A DNA stretch of 64,000 nt. Source: Trichosphaerium sp. ATCC 40318. Taxonomy: Eukaryota; Protista; Tubulinea. Positions 25,646 through 37,539 of this stretch are shown here, piece after piece (positions within the stretch are counted from its first letter, which is position 1; the number at the start of each line of letters is the position of its first letter). Both the position numbers and the translations under genes were made by a program. The DNA lies in contig JALMLS010000093.1 of the NCBI GenBank assembly GCA_038496445.1, forward strand, positions 620,001 through 684,000. Reading direction: 5' to 3'. The notes below the pieces were generated by a model, which worked only from the letters and a program-made list of their open reading frames with translations, had not been told where the DNA came from and searched no databases.

Positions 25646-27121
25646 ATGCAACGCTTCCTTCTTTTACTTCTTGGTGTATCGTTTATCGCAACCGCATCCA
25701 GTCTTCTTCTTGATCCATTTACAGCGTTTCAAACAGCAGAAGCAAATGGAACCAATCTTGTTGAAAGCAATACAATCACAGATGTCTCTGTTGTTGGTGG
25801 ACAACGTGAGATGACAGTAACAAGACAACCTGGTCCTGCAGATGCACTAGAATCATCAGCAACAGTTGTAGCTGGCTTCTTAGCTCTATCAAATGATGTT
25901 AGTGTACAAGGGGCAGTATCACTTGCTTACAAAGGCACAAGCGGCAATGGGTTTTCTCCTGTAAACTTGGTTCAAAATGGACAAAGTACGTTACAATCCT
26001 ATATCTTTTTTAATCTTTGAGTACGTTTTCTAACATACCCACTTATCATCACACAACGTATTTTTGTTTTCTCCCTCGCACTATCTAATTACTGTTTAGC
26101 TTGTTGGAACTTTCGAGTTTTTGAATCTGACAACAATATTGAACTTTCATCCACGTTGAGAGATTCAGTATCATCTCAGAATACAACTATCTCAACTATA
26201 CTTGCCGCAGACATAGACTCCCCCGTTGATATTTGTGTTCCGTTCAATGGTGATTTATCTTCTGTTGATCTCGTACAATATGATATTGTTTCTTTGGTTC
26301 CTAATACTGACATCAACGTATTGTATTTTTGCAGTCAACCAGTTGTATCGTGTTGGTACGACCCTTTTTGTTTATTTATTTAGACATTTTACCAAATGTA
26401 TTTTGTACGCCACTTGTGCTAACACGTGATTGTATTATTTTAGGCACACAATAAGTCCTCTTGGAAATGCCAACATCGATGACTTGAATGTTGGTGATGA
26501 AATTGAGGTTTCTGTGATTTGCAGAAACTATGAGGCAATCCCATCTGCAACTCAAGATATCGCTGCGTCATTCGGATTTGATGCGTCAATTGGTACAATG
26601 AGTCAGCCAACATGTACAGGCACCACATCATCAGGTGTTGTAAACAATAATCTTGATTTCACTGGCACTCTCGATGAGACAGATGAAGCATCGTGTACTG
26701 TCACAATAGAAATGATCGCTCCTGGTCAAGTTGATGACTTGGCTGCAAGTGTCACAACAGGTGCAAATGAAAATCCTCCAATTCGATCAAATGAAGGAGG
26801 AAACATGTACGCAAGAGAACTCATCTCTTTTTTTTGGATAACAAATAATCACTAACTATTTTATTGTACAGACAAGGAACTGCAGCCTTCTGTAACCCTC
26901 CAACTCTTTCTACAATCATCGTTCAAGGACAAACTGAACCTCCAACAAGACCTGTTCAACAAAGATGTAGAAATCAAAGAAGATGCTTCCGACTCTCACA
27001 ACAAAACCCATGTATCTTTGCTTCAAATTGTGTTGGTCGTGTTTGCTCAAACTTCTGTTTCAACACTCCAGAATGTTTGTTAGACCCATTATGTGCAGGT
27101 TCATTCTGGGAACAAGTGTAA
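25646..27121 (+). CDS. Secreted protein: bacterial-like N-terminal beta domain + DUF11-like Ig domain + Cys-rich tail, 4 exons
   Basis: Signal peptide; LLLDPFTAFQ...SVVGGQREMTV; DUF11-like LNVGDEIEVSVICRN...GTLDETDEASCTVTIEMIAPG; C-terminal tail with 8 Cys; canonical GT-AG introns. Confidence 0.8.
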
Positions 27122-27852
27122 GAATCTTGTAACCACTAAATAAACCACCATTCATCCCGCATACGTTGACTTGCCCTAACAAATGCATTCCATTAGAAAG
27201 GAGAGTTACTTTTTGCTACGTTATACACTGATATCTTTGTACCGTGACTATACCACATGCAGTGTCGTCTCGGACACTATGGTGTCGCTCTTGCGCACTA
27301 ATATTCGTTTACAATCGGATGTTGCCTAATGTTTCCTGAAAAGCCACGTGTCTGATCTTCTGTCACTTATCTTAACAATAGCAGTTGCGTTCGCATCTTT
27401 TGGTATTTTTTTTTCCACAAAAGTCTGGCCAATAGTACAATACATTCTGTTGACTTTATGTTATTTACAACTCAAGTTATTTTTACTTTCAATGAAGGTT
27501 TATATATTATTGAAGGTGAAAGAACTTGGCATTTGGGTGAAGATGGCGGTGTCCTTTATTTAGGTACAGATAAGTTTAAAGACACCGTTAAAAAAGGTGT
27601 GATTACATCAATCTCAAGTATTGTCGTAATATTGGTTGTATGTTACCCACACATAGTAGGTTAGATTAAGCTCGTAATTATTAATCAAGGCACTATCACG
27701 TGAAACAAGGGCCTATAAATGTTACATGAGTACATTGCATGTGATGCGGGAAAAGGAGAAATGTTGTTTGTCAAAATGATGGTTAAGATTAAGAATAGGC
27801 ATGACTGTACCTGTAGTGTTTGTTGGAGGGATTATTTTACTCTGTTATGTTT

Positions 27853-29931
27853 TCACCGCTTGTCGTATTTTTTGATAGTAAACATCCCCTCCTTTTTGTC
27901 TCCAACGCTTATAAGAATCCGTAAACATTAACTTGAAAATACTTTCTTGAGCAGAATTAAATATGAATTGATTGACTCCTTCTGGGAACTTATAATCGTC
28001 TTCAAACAACGCGTTAACCTACGCAAATACGTAAACAAGAAAATCCACTAAACGATGACATGGTAAAGAAAATACAAGATTTGTTCAGAAACGGAGCGTG
28101 AAGTTCTTTGCAAATCGGAATTTTTTAGTTTTACGAGAAAATGAGTTATATGATTTCTCCTTCGCCTACCGTTTTGTTAACCTCTCCAGGTATATTTATA
28201 GTATCACCAGATTCAAAGTATTTATGATAAATATCAGATGCATGACCAACAAGCTTCTCAGTTGTTATAGCAACATCAGATGCAAACTTATCTTTAAACC
28301 TCTCAATACATTCCCAAAACTCTAAATTAATATCTGAAAGCTCTGTTTTAAGAAAATCCCTGAATGATTCTCTGGCTAGATTGACAGGTATTAGATATCA
28401 CAAAAACAATTATATGAAATTGAAAAAAAAATAAGTAGTGTCACGAAGTGTACCTTCTTTGTCTTTAAGAAGTTCATAAAAAAAAAAAGACTCATCGTTT
28501 TTGCAAGAGACACCTTGTAATGCTTGCTTCTTTATTTCAGTAAGCTCTCTTAACTAATATGATGTTAAATTAGTTTAAATAGTCCAATAAAGGATAGTAC
28601 TAAATAAAAGCAAAGGATCACATCACGTGAACAAAACGGGAAGTTTTAGTTAGTAAAATCCAACTTGGTTAAAGATCAAGTGGTGTGACGTACGTATTCT
28701 TTTGGAATCTTCTGACATTTGGCTATCCAATACATTACATCATCTATGGTTGGTAAATCGAGTACCTAACAGTACAAACTAAGCATCAAACCAGAAAATA
28801 AAACAAATTCTTCCAAAAAAAAACCAAAAAACGATGCTAGTTTTACTCACTTCCTGAGGTAATGGATTATGAGCTATACTTATTTCTTTTAATGCTGGTA
28901 ATTCTCCAATATCATTTGGTATATACTGGAGCTGATTATTATGTAACCTAATTACAAAGAAATGAGTTTGAGCTCCAAATTTTTTGGCCATTCTACATCA
29001 AAAACACGTGCCGGCACGCAAAAAAACAGGAGGTGCTATGTACACGTACCGCAGTGTCTTTAACTTTTTTAAGTTACCAAGATTAGCGGGTAATTTCTGA
29101 ATCATGTTATTGTTCAAAGTCAGCTTTTCCAGTTTGTACAAACTATGAAACTCCTAAATACAATTTATAAGAAAGAAAAAAGAAAACACTGTCAACGATG
29201 CCCAGCATCACAAAAACTGCATAAAAGATGCCCAAAAAAATAATAGCGTATATGGTGGCTAAGTATACATAAAAGTTTCAAGGTATTGGAGCGTATAAAG
29301 CCATTATTAAATGTTAAAAAAACATGTTTAATCAAATGTTTGTACAAAACTCCAAATAAGTGTCATCTACCTACGTACATCTGGTATAGTAGCCAACATA
29401 TTGTTATCAAGTTTTAGTCTCTTAAGATTTATGAGAAGACATATTTGTGGAGGAATACTCGTCAGACTTGCGGAAACAAGTGTCAGTGAAAAAAAGAGGA
29501 ACAAAAAAAAGAATAATTCCTTGACACTTCCCAAGGCGTGGAAATAACGCCGGAATGGTCCAAATATGTACATTTATACAAATCCATTCGCCTAAGAGCG
29601 TTTTGAGAGTATTTTATTGCGAACCTGTTCGAGTTTAGGTGGAGTTCTTTCAACGAAGCAATAAATCTTGGTGCTGTTTCTATTTGCTGCGCAATAGCGT
29701 ATGGTATACGAGTAAATTTATTACGATCAAGATGAATCTACAAAAAGTTGTTAAACGCTCCAAAAAGTTCCTAGATCACACAAAGGCTATTCGGGGTAAT
29801 TTGCTATATGTTTTCCTTACCTTTTGCAATTGTATAAAGTCTTTTAGAGCAAAGTTTGGCTTCATCTCCAACTCCAATAAGTTATGGTGTATTTTTACCT
29901 CCACTGTAAGAGAGGATGTTCCATGACCCAT
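27853..29931 (-). CDS. N-myristoylated LRR + C-terminal RGS domain protein
   Basis: Start MGHGTSS (MGxxxS); LRRs (LKRLKLDNNMLATIP; LEKLTLNNNMIQKLP; LHNNQLQYIP); RGS box ARESFRDFLKTELSDINLEFWECIERFK...IYHKYF..INIP...FNSAQESIFKLMFTDSYKRW; TGA at 27853-27855. Confidence 0.85.
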
Positions 29932-30555
29932 TGTTATACCCTAGTTTACAAAAATGTCAACAATAACCAAAAAAAAAGCCAATTCGTATGTTGAGGTAAC
30001 GTACGCGTTGTTTTGGGCGTAGAATAATTGATTTTAAATAGTTTAGTTGAGTATCAAGCAGATCTGCTGAAAAAAGATTAAAATAAGTTAAAAAAAGCGA
30101 GCAAATAGCGTACAAGGTAACACGCAATAGCGTGCTATACTTTTCCACCGTTTAGATTTGTTTTAAAGTACAAACAAGCTTAGATTATTACTAACAGGCC
30201 ACAAACGATCTAAAAACAACAAAATACGAACGTGTACGATGACGTGATATGGATAGTTAAGTGTGAACGTAAGTTTTTAAACATTTTCAGTAAACACGTT
30301 TTAACTTAACATTGTTCAGGTGAAGAGCAAGCAAAAGTGTCATAAAAAACTCTTTTACTGACTTTCTGAATGGACCCAACAAAAGTGACAACAGTGCTCA
30401 GTCCGCTCTTATATCTTACTATTGCGAGAAAACCACATATTGGTAGTTTTGGATCTTTTGGTGTACGTCTTTTTTACAAATCTTTTTTTTTTACAAAAAT
30501 GTGTGAATTTTTCTATAACCAGTCAAGTATTCATGGCTTACCAGCGTACTGTACA

Positions 30556-32089
30556 CTATGAGTTTGTTTCAGGGACCTTGTCAACATCCATTGGGGTAGC
30601 GTCTGCAGTTGGCTGCACTGTACTGCCTTCATCGCTTTTATTTTCTTCCTTTTCCTCTTTTTTCGCTTCTGGTTCGCTTGATTCCTTTGGCAGAGGCGTG
30701 AACCAATTAAGGAGAGTACTTCCAGGTTTCATGGTCTTGTTAGGTCGTTTTTTAACGCTCTTCTTTACAGCAGGTGTCACTGATGAAGATTTTTTTGGAG
30801 AGCAAGGTTTTGATGATTTTTTCTTTGGAGAAGTATTTTCCGTTGTATTCTTTTCTGATGGTTGTGTTATTTTACGTTTCTTGCGTGCAGGAGCTGCATA
30901 AGCTGGATCGTCGAATGAAAACCGTGTGGCAGTCTAAGTAAGTGTTATTTAGGGTAATAAAAAAAAACATCCAAAAAAAAAAATCAAGAAGAAAAGAGTC
31001 GTACCACACTCTTTCTTTTATTCAGGTGACTTAGTGATTGCTTATTTAGCACTTCTAACTCATATGCACTTAATTGGCGAAGGAATCCATCATTTATAGC
31101 TATCGTGTCGCCTAGAAAGAGTTTTAAAAAAAAAAAGATTTTTGCAAGGTTTTGAATAAAACTACCTGTTTTCTCCTTTAGCAGGTTTATAGCGTTTGCA
31201 AGTGATAAATCGTGATGCTTCATAGCGTATGCAGCAAGAGTAGATACTGATCTGCTCTGTCCTTTTCTACAATGGACAAATATGACATTTTCTTGTTCGA
31301 CATGTTTTTGAATAAATGTACAAGCGTTGCCGAAGTGTTGCTTCAAGTCTTCATCAGGAGAATCATCAACGCTTATACGCATGTAATCAATTGTGGTCAT
31401 GGCTTGATGATAATGCTTTATATCAGCGGTAACGTTAAGGACGGCTTTAACGTTTTTTTTCGCCAAGTTCGTATAATCAAGAACAGCTGTTTTAAAAGGT
31501 TTAGTAAACTGCGCTATTACGCTAATCCACACCGGTAGCAGTGGTGCGCAATCACTGCACACGTCTTGATTTTGTTATTTGCATGTATTCTAACGTACCT
31601 TGGCGTCCTGAGAGGTACACTTTTGGAAATATTTCGATGCCTTCAAAAAGTCTTTTTCCAGCAATTTCTTTTCTCTAACGAAGGCGTGTTAACAACTTTT
31701 AATGTGTACTGTCACGTGCTTGACGTAGTTTTTCTCTAAATTGTAGTTCTATTTTACGTTTTTGTCTCCTTTTCTACAACGAGTATGAGATGTTGACTTG
31801 TGGTTAAACGAAAACTTTTTCGTGAACATTTTTTTGTAAAATCTTACTTCGGCGTTTTGCTTTTTCTCCTCTTCAGTTAGTGGTCTTGACGGCTTTCGCA
31901 CTGTTTTAGAGTTAATAGTTAATTTTTCTGCGCTACAGTACCTTTAGGTGGCTTTGGAAGTTTATGATCTGCAGGAAATTCAAATGACTTTGTAATGGAG
32001 CGTGTACGAGCGCCAGCAGTGGCAGTATTCCAATAAGCTTGAGGGAATAGTTTAGTAACTTGTTTGATGTCAGTTGAATGTACCTCCAT
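30556..32089 (-). CDS. Dual-specificity protein phosphatase with Lys/Ser-rich C-terminal tail
   Basis: EIFPKVYLSG, AVLNVT, ISVDDSPDEDL, catalytic VHCRKGQSRS, INDGFLRQL; multi-exon. Confidence 0.9.
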
Positions 32090-34052
32090 CTAAAATACAT
32101 GAAACAGTCTCGTTCATGATGTTGGTATATTGTAGGATTGTTACACTTTGTTTTAAGCTATGTTGCGTTTCAGGCGCGAACGCTGAAAACGGTTACAAAA
32201 CGCCTTAACAGTTTTGGCTTATACATTGTCAGACGTTAGAATGGATGATTCGACTACTTCACCTGTAGCCACAACTGGTAGAAAGACGCGCAGGAAAAAA
32301 AAATATCTGGCAGATGACATGGTGCCAGATGATGGTAAACCTGATTTTTCTGATAGAAATAACTTAGGTACGGCATTTGCGCTATATTACAAAAATTTTT
32401 GTTAGTTTGAGTTTAAATATCTCGCCAGTACTCTAAACACTCGCTTACGCGCTACAAAGTGTCACCAGAGCAAGTTGTACTTCTTTTACCGACGTTAGAA
32501 CCAAATGACAACCCATAAGTAATATTGTCGCCCCTGACGCACTATCGTGGCGCCAGCCTCCGCTGTGATAAAATTGTATTATAAAAAACCTTTAAATTAC
32601 TTTAAATGGTGCAACAACTCGCTTTACGAATACTGGGGTTAACGATAGCCAACAACGGAAAGCAGAAGCCAAATGCGTGGTGACAAGAAGCTTTTTCTCA
32701 GTTTTTGATATCAGCGACTCTCAAGAGTCGCACGTGTTTTTTTTTCGCGATTTCAATGTCGAGATGAAGACAATAATGAACACTGCGTACCATAGGGCAT
32801 TTTACTTGTAAAGTGAAAAAAACTGCGGAAATTCTTTGGTGCTTTGTCTCAACTAGTTTTTGCGATTTCTTTTCAACTGTTGCCCTTTCATAGCGCACAT
32901 GTTGCAGTAAAGGAAGAATACGTTGCTAGAAAGGAATGTGTGCTACTTAGACAAATTAATTGATGTTGTCCAGCGGAATCTTGAGGCATAGCATTGAAAA
33001 CCAGTTTGCTCGAAAATTACGCAACCTATTTGTGCACTACCAGTAAGTATGCCAACGTAACTCTACCTTTCTGTACAACAGGAAATGGCGGTAGAGAAAC
33101 CTAGCAACGCACTTGCGTGGGTGCCATACACTCAAAAGTTACGTATCGTTGTACTGATTTCCCTTTTCATTGCTCTCAGGCTAAACTCATGTTGTTTGCG
33201 AAAATGTAACGTGTGCTATGGGACACCAAAAGGTACTGATAAAATACTAAACTTACACGTATGCGTGATCGTCTCACAAGGCGTATTTGAATACGGCGTG
33301 CCGTCTGTTTAAACTAGCGCGTTAGCAAGTTCCAAAACTAAATCCCTTTTCGTGAGATATTGTCTCAATACTTACACTTAGAACTGTTTCAGGGCGCTGG
33401 TGTAAGCTTGTTTACTTGCGTTGTTAGGGTTTCGCGGTGCCAAGCAGTACACATTTTATCCTCGAATGGTAACCTCTTCGCCTTCTTAAACTTTTTTCTT
33501 GCTATAGTTTGGTTTAAAAACACCCAAAATGCGATCAGTATAGCGAATGGTAGTGATTGAAGGTATATGAAAGCGCCATGGGGCAAACAATATCCCTCCA
33601 ATTCACACAACGGAAAAAATTGGAGGAAATGAATACGTGTTTTCCAAATTGTACAATAAGATGGTGTACAGTATAATGTTGGACTGCTCTTACGACTTGC
33701 GCACAAGTATGCGCTAGTTGCCGCAGACGAGACTAAATTGTCACAATAATTACCTTACACGAATCGCGTCTATAAAATCATGCCCAAGCAACGCAAGTAG
33801 CGTTCAAAAATAGCGTACACATAGATGTTCCCGAATGTGATTTCTAGTTTATTTATATTATACTAACAGATACAATACTAGTGGCAACAGCTCTTGATAG
33901 CATATAGCTTTAAGAACAAAGTAAGCAACTCTTGCCACTTTAGCTTTATTCGCTTCTATTTTTTCGTAAAATCACGTGTCCATGGACATCCAAAAAATAG
34001 TGTTTTCGAAATCTATTACTTGATACGCTATTGCTAACTGTACCCTTGTAGA

Positions 34053-37000
34053 ATGCGTTGTGCTGTTTTTCTATTGATAGCAATAGCGCTAGTCGCCTAT
34101 GTCAACGGTGCTTCAAGACCAACAGCGTCTGTACCTAACTGTGATGCTGCTTCTCCTGACTGGGGATGTCCTCCTGGTGATTACAGAGTATTCGGAAATG
34201 GTAGAGTCGACAGACTTACCTGTAGAAAGAGACCAGAACCTCGCATGTCATGGGCAACAAAGGTAGTTCGCTCAAACGCTTATACAGTATGGGCTGGAAA
34301 AGAAGATAACAAGCTCAGACAGTACGTACCCGAGACAGTTATGGATATCTCTATTCGGGTTAACAATTATGCTTTCAAATATCGCGGTATTCTCATATAC
34401 GCTGAAGATGCCCAAAAGAACAGAGTCGGAGAGTGGCTTCTACCAAACGAAAAAAATCGTATGTAATCTTTTTATTCAAGTTCAATTTTTCTTTGTTCTC
34501 CTATTGACTTGTTCTGATTGTTTATACTAGCGCTCTTTCAACTTCCTTGGCCTAACAACCATGCTTGCCGACAGAGTTTAACCCACAACACCGCTGAAGT
34601 AAAACCTTTGAAGTCTACTTGGAAATGGAAGGCTCCAAAACGTGGCACTGGAACTGTTACTTTCCACGCTTTGATCAAAGAAGGTGATGCCAATACTGGT
34701 GCTTTCTACTGGCCAAACGGAAATGCTGGACCTCTTAAACTCACTCAATCCGCAAAGAACAAGCCAGTGCAAACATGGTATCAGAGCAAGGTACGTTCTC
34801 CTTTTCGTCCATTTTTTTTCTTTCAAAAAACCATTTAAGAGTTTTACTGACTTTGTATTATTTAGCGTTCACAATCTTGTACCGAAAGGTGTAGAGAAGT
34901 CAATGCAAACCTAAAGTGTGATCGTGTCCACATGGAACGTGTTAACAGCCCAGCAAGAATTGAGCAGCTCATCCTACCACAAGGATTCGCTTGCAAACTT
35001 CCATACGTTAGTGGATGCAGCAATCGTGGACCTACAATGGGCACTGATGGCTTATGCTACTACGATGATTCCAGATGCGCAGCACAAGGACGTAACAGAC
35101 AACCTGTAACTTGTGATTCTAAGTCAGGTGATAGTAGAGTTGGGTACGGAGAACTCGTTTATCTTTTTTTTTTTCATGTTGAAGATTTTGTTCCTTACGC
35201 TTTTCCTAGACTCAGAATGTGCAAATGTCTTCGTACCACTCTTCCTCCAGCCAACCCTGGTAGAACTGTTGTTGCTGCCAGAGGTGCAACCTCAACTGCC
35301 ACGAAATCGACGGCATCTTTCTTATTCATGGCTCTCGCTGTCCTTGGTTTGACAGTGCGTTCTTCAGGGAAGATGACAACTTCAGTTGTCTTGGCTCTCT
35401 TCCTCATCGCTTTGGTTTCCTTCCCTACCACTCAAGCTCACAACTGGCAAAATGGAATCGGTAGAAGTGCAGATATTGCTAGTACCCAAACACCATGCCC
35501 ATCGAGAGTACAAGCAGGCCCACATGTTCAAGTTGGACCTAACCAGAAGTTTGAAATCGAGTGGGCTGTAGGTCATACTCAACCTTCTTACTACGTCATT
35601 GTCAAGTCAACAAACGAAGACAGACTCAAAGAAGTTTCTTTTGACTCTTTGGAGACATACCTCAGAGAAGCACCAAACGCTCGTTGTCAGAACTTACCTG
35701 TGTACCACAGACGTTTCAGAGCTCGTGGAGCTGACTTCAACCCTCATTCACAATTCTACAGCGGCGAGATACCACGTAACTCTCCTAACTTCATACCAAG
35801 ACCTGCAGCTTTCGGATTATGGGCAGATGATGCCAAGTTATTCGGATACAAGGACAACCTCGAAGTCAGAAATTATTGCGAATACCAAAACAACAAAATG
35901 CCATTTATTGAAGGTGTTTTCAAGTTCGAACATCACGCACACAGACCGCAAGATGCTGATATGGTCAGACTAGCTATTCCTGGCAGAGGTGGATTTGGTG
36001 CTTACACTGTTCAATGGTTATGGAGAGGATATCGCGATTGCGTTGATGTTGATTACAGACCTAACAGAGTAAACAACATTTACGGACGTCCAAATCCTGA
36101 TGGCGGTTACACGTGCGTCTTTTATTTCTTCACCAAAATTTTCTTTGCTCTTTTTTTTTCTCACTTGTATGAATGTTCATTGACTTTATACTTAGACGTG
36201 TTGATCACTGTTACTTTCCAGATCCTAGAGAAGTTTTTGGTACAATTATTTATCTCGAGATTTGTCCACTGACTTTGTTCTTTCGAATAGATTGCTTCAG
36301 AGTTTTCAATGACCTTACCACGTGTGAAAGACAGTGCGATGTCAGAAACGGAAATTGCGCTGGATTTACTGTCATACCGAGAGTACTTAAAGCCAACAGA
36401 TACAACGGACAAGCGAAGCTATTACCTCAAAAGTGCATAGATAATGTCAAAACCAACCAACTCGGAGAACCAGCACAAAATGTTGATGTTTGTATCTTGG
36501 TAAGACCAAGATTTGCTACAGAAACATTTGGTTTTACAGATGTTGTAAAACCCGGAGATCCTGCTTATCAAGCAACTTGTTATCGTAAAGGATCAGGAAG
36601 AATCTTTGATAACTTCACACCACCACCACAACACCAAGACATTGCTTGGAGACACGGAGATGAATGTATTTCTTGCGATTCTGTCAACTTGAACAAAAAC
36701 GTTACACGCATTCCTAAGTGGCCAATGACGAACGACTGTAGGAACTGTGAGTTGGAACCAAAGGGAAATACACCAAGGTTCAATCCTTCATACCTCGCAA
36801 ACAGAAGAAGAAACGTTTTCTGCGATGGATTCAATGGCGGATTCGAGTTCCTTCGAGATGAATCAAACCAGAGACATCACAAATGCGCAGGTGACTCTTT
36901 CAAGACGTGTCACAAGAAGGTATTGATGAGAGGTCGTCCTGCTCCATGGAACGAACGTCTATGGCTTGCTGAATGTGCTGAAGCAGCAAAACGTGATCCA

Positions 37001-37177
37001 CAGTGCTCAAACAAGATTTACACGTTTGATCTTACTTTTCTCAAACACAAAGCACAAACAGCTGTTTCTTGTTATTGTGTTACAACGAGGGCTTGTTGTA
37101 GAGGATGCAGAGCAAGAACACCAAATAACAATCCAGGTCGTTGGAGCACATGGGACCTTGTTCGTGGTACAAGCTAG
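34053..37177 (+). CDS. Secreted/membrane polyprotein: Reeler domain - Cys-rich - TM - internal signal peptide - LPMO-like His-brace domain - PAN/apple-like Cys modules
   Basis: Signal MRCAVFLLIAIALVAYVNG; Reeler motifs YVPET..ISI, YRGILIYAED..RVGEW, LTHN, WKWKAPKRGTGTVTFHALI; hydrophobic pair ASFLFMALAVLGLTV / SVVLALFLIALVSFPTTQA; then H(35439)NW..R..C..G..FEIEWAVGH(35574)..LAIP..YTVQWLWRGY(36030)RDCVDV. Confidence 0.82.
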
Positions 37178-37539
37178 AGCAACCGCAAAATAACATTTTT
37201 TGTACTCATACATTGAAATAAAACAGTATACATCTTCCCCAAGATTTGTTAGACCTTTTCCATGTAGCTCCTCATTGAACGAGATGAACAACCCAATTTT
37301 CAGAGTAGCGTTTACTATCAAAGCAATTTTCAAAATTATTTACTAAAGTTATCAATTGGTTCCAAAATACTCATTGTAGAGTACAAAGTTGGGCACACAT
37401 TATAGCCTGCATGGGTAAACAATGGCAAAGATGAAGATTCAATTACACAAACTAGCAAGTACTATTTTATTGTATGTATTTATACTAGTACATCTCGTCT
37501 AGAAAGAGCACTCTTTGTGAGCACTTGATTTTGTATTTA

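Larger units (their letters stand above)
22665..27150. repeat. ~4.5-kb imperfect inverted duplication (palindrome), centre ~24750-24790
   Basis: Arm 22665-23840 pairs with 25645-27150. Inner remnants also pair, e.g. 24631-24675 (tgaaagttgggaagttg..aatcttgttggagattattt) with the reverse complement of 24895-24938. Confidence 0.85.

Noticed and set aside
27250-27930. Short plus-strand ORFs 27348, 27458 and 27719
   Set aside because: No coherent gene model or motif; the last overlaps the RGS exon on the opposite strand.
30422-30901. 159-aa plus-strand Phe/Ser-rich ORF
   Set aside because: Antisense shadow of the Lys/Glu-rich phosphatase tail; many other listed ORFs are similar shadows of real exons.
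32214-33710. Possible exon MDDSTTSP...NNL and other short ORFs
   Set aside because: Could not be spliced into a convincing downstream frame; no recognisable domain.
35355-35436. GTGCGT donor-like sequence between the two hydrophobic segments of the Reeler-LPMO gene
   Set aside because: Plausibly sized acceptors (31, 82, 110 nt) all break the frame, and the sequence is exon-like and encodes a clean signal peptide. Kept only as a caveat.
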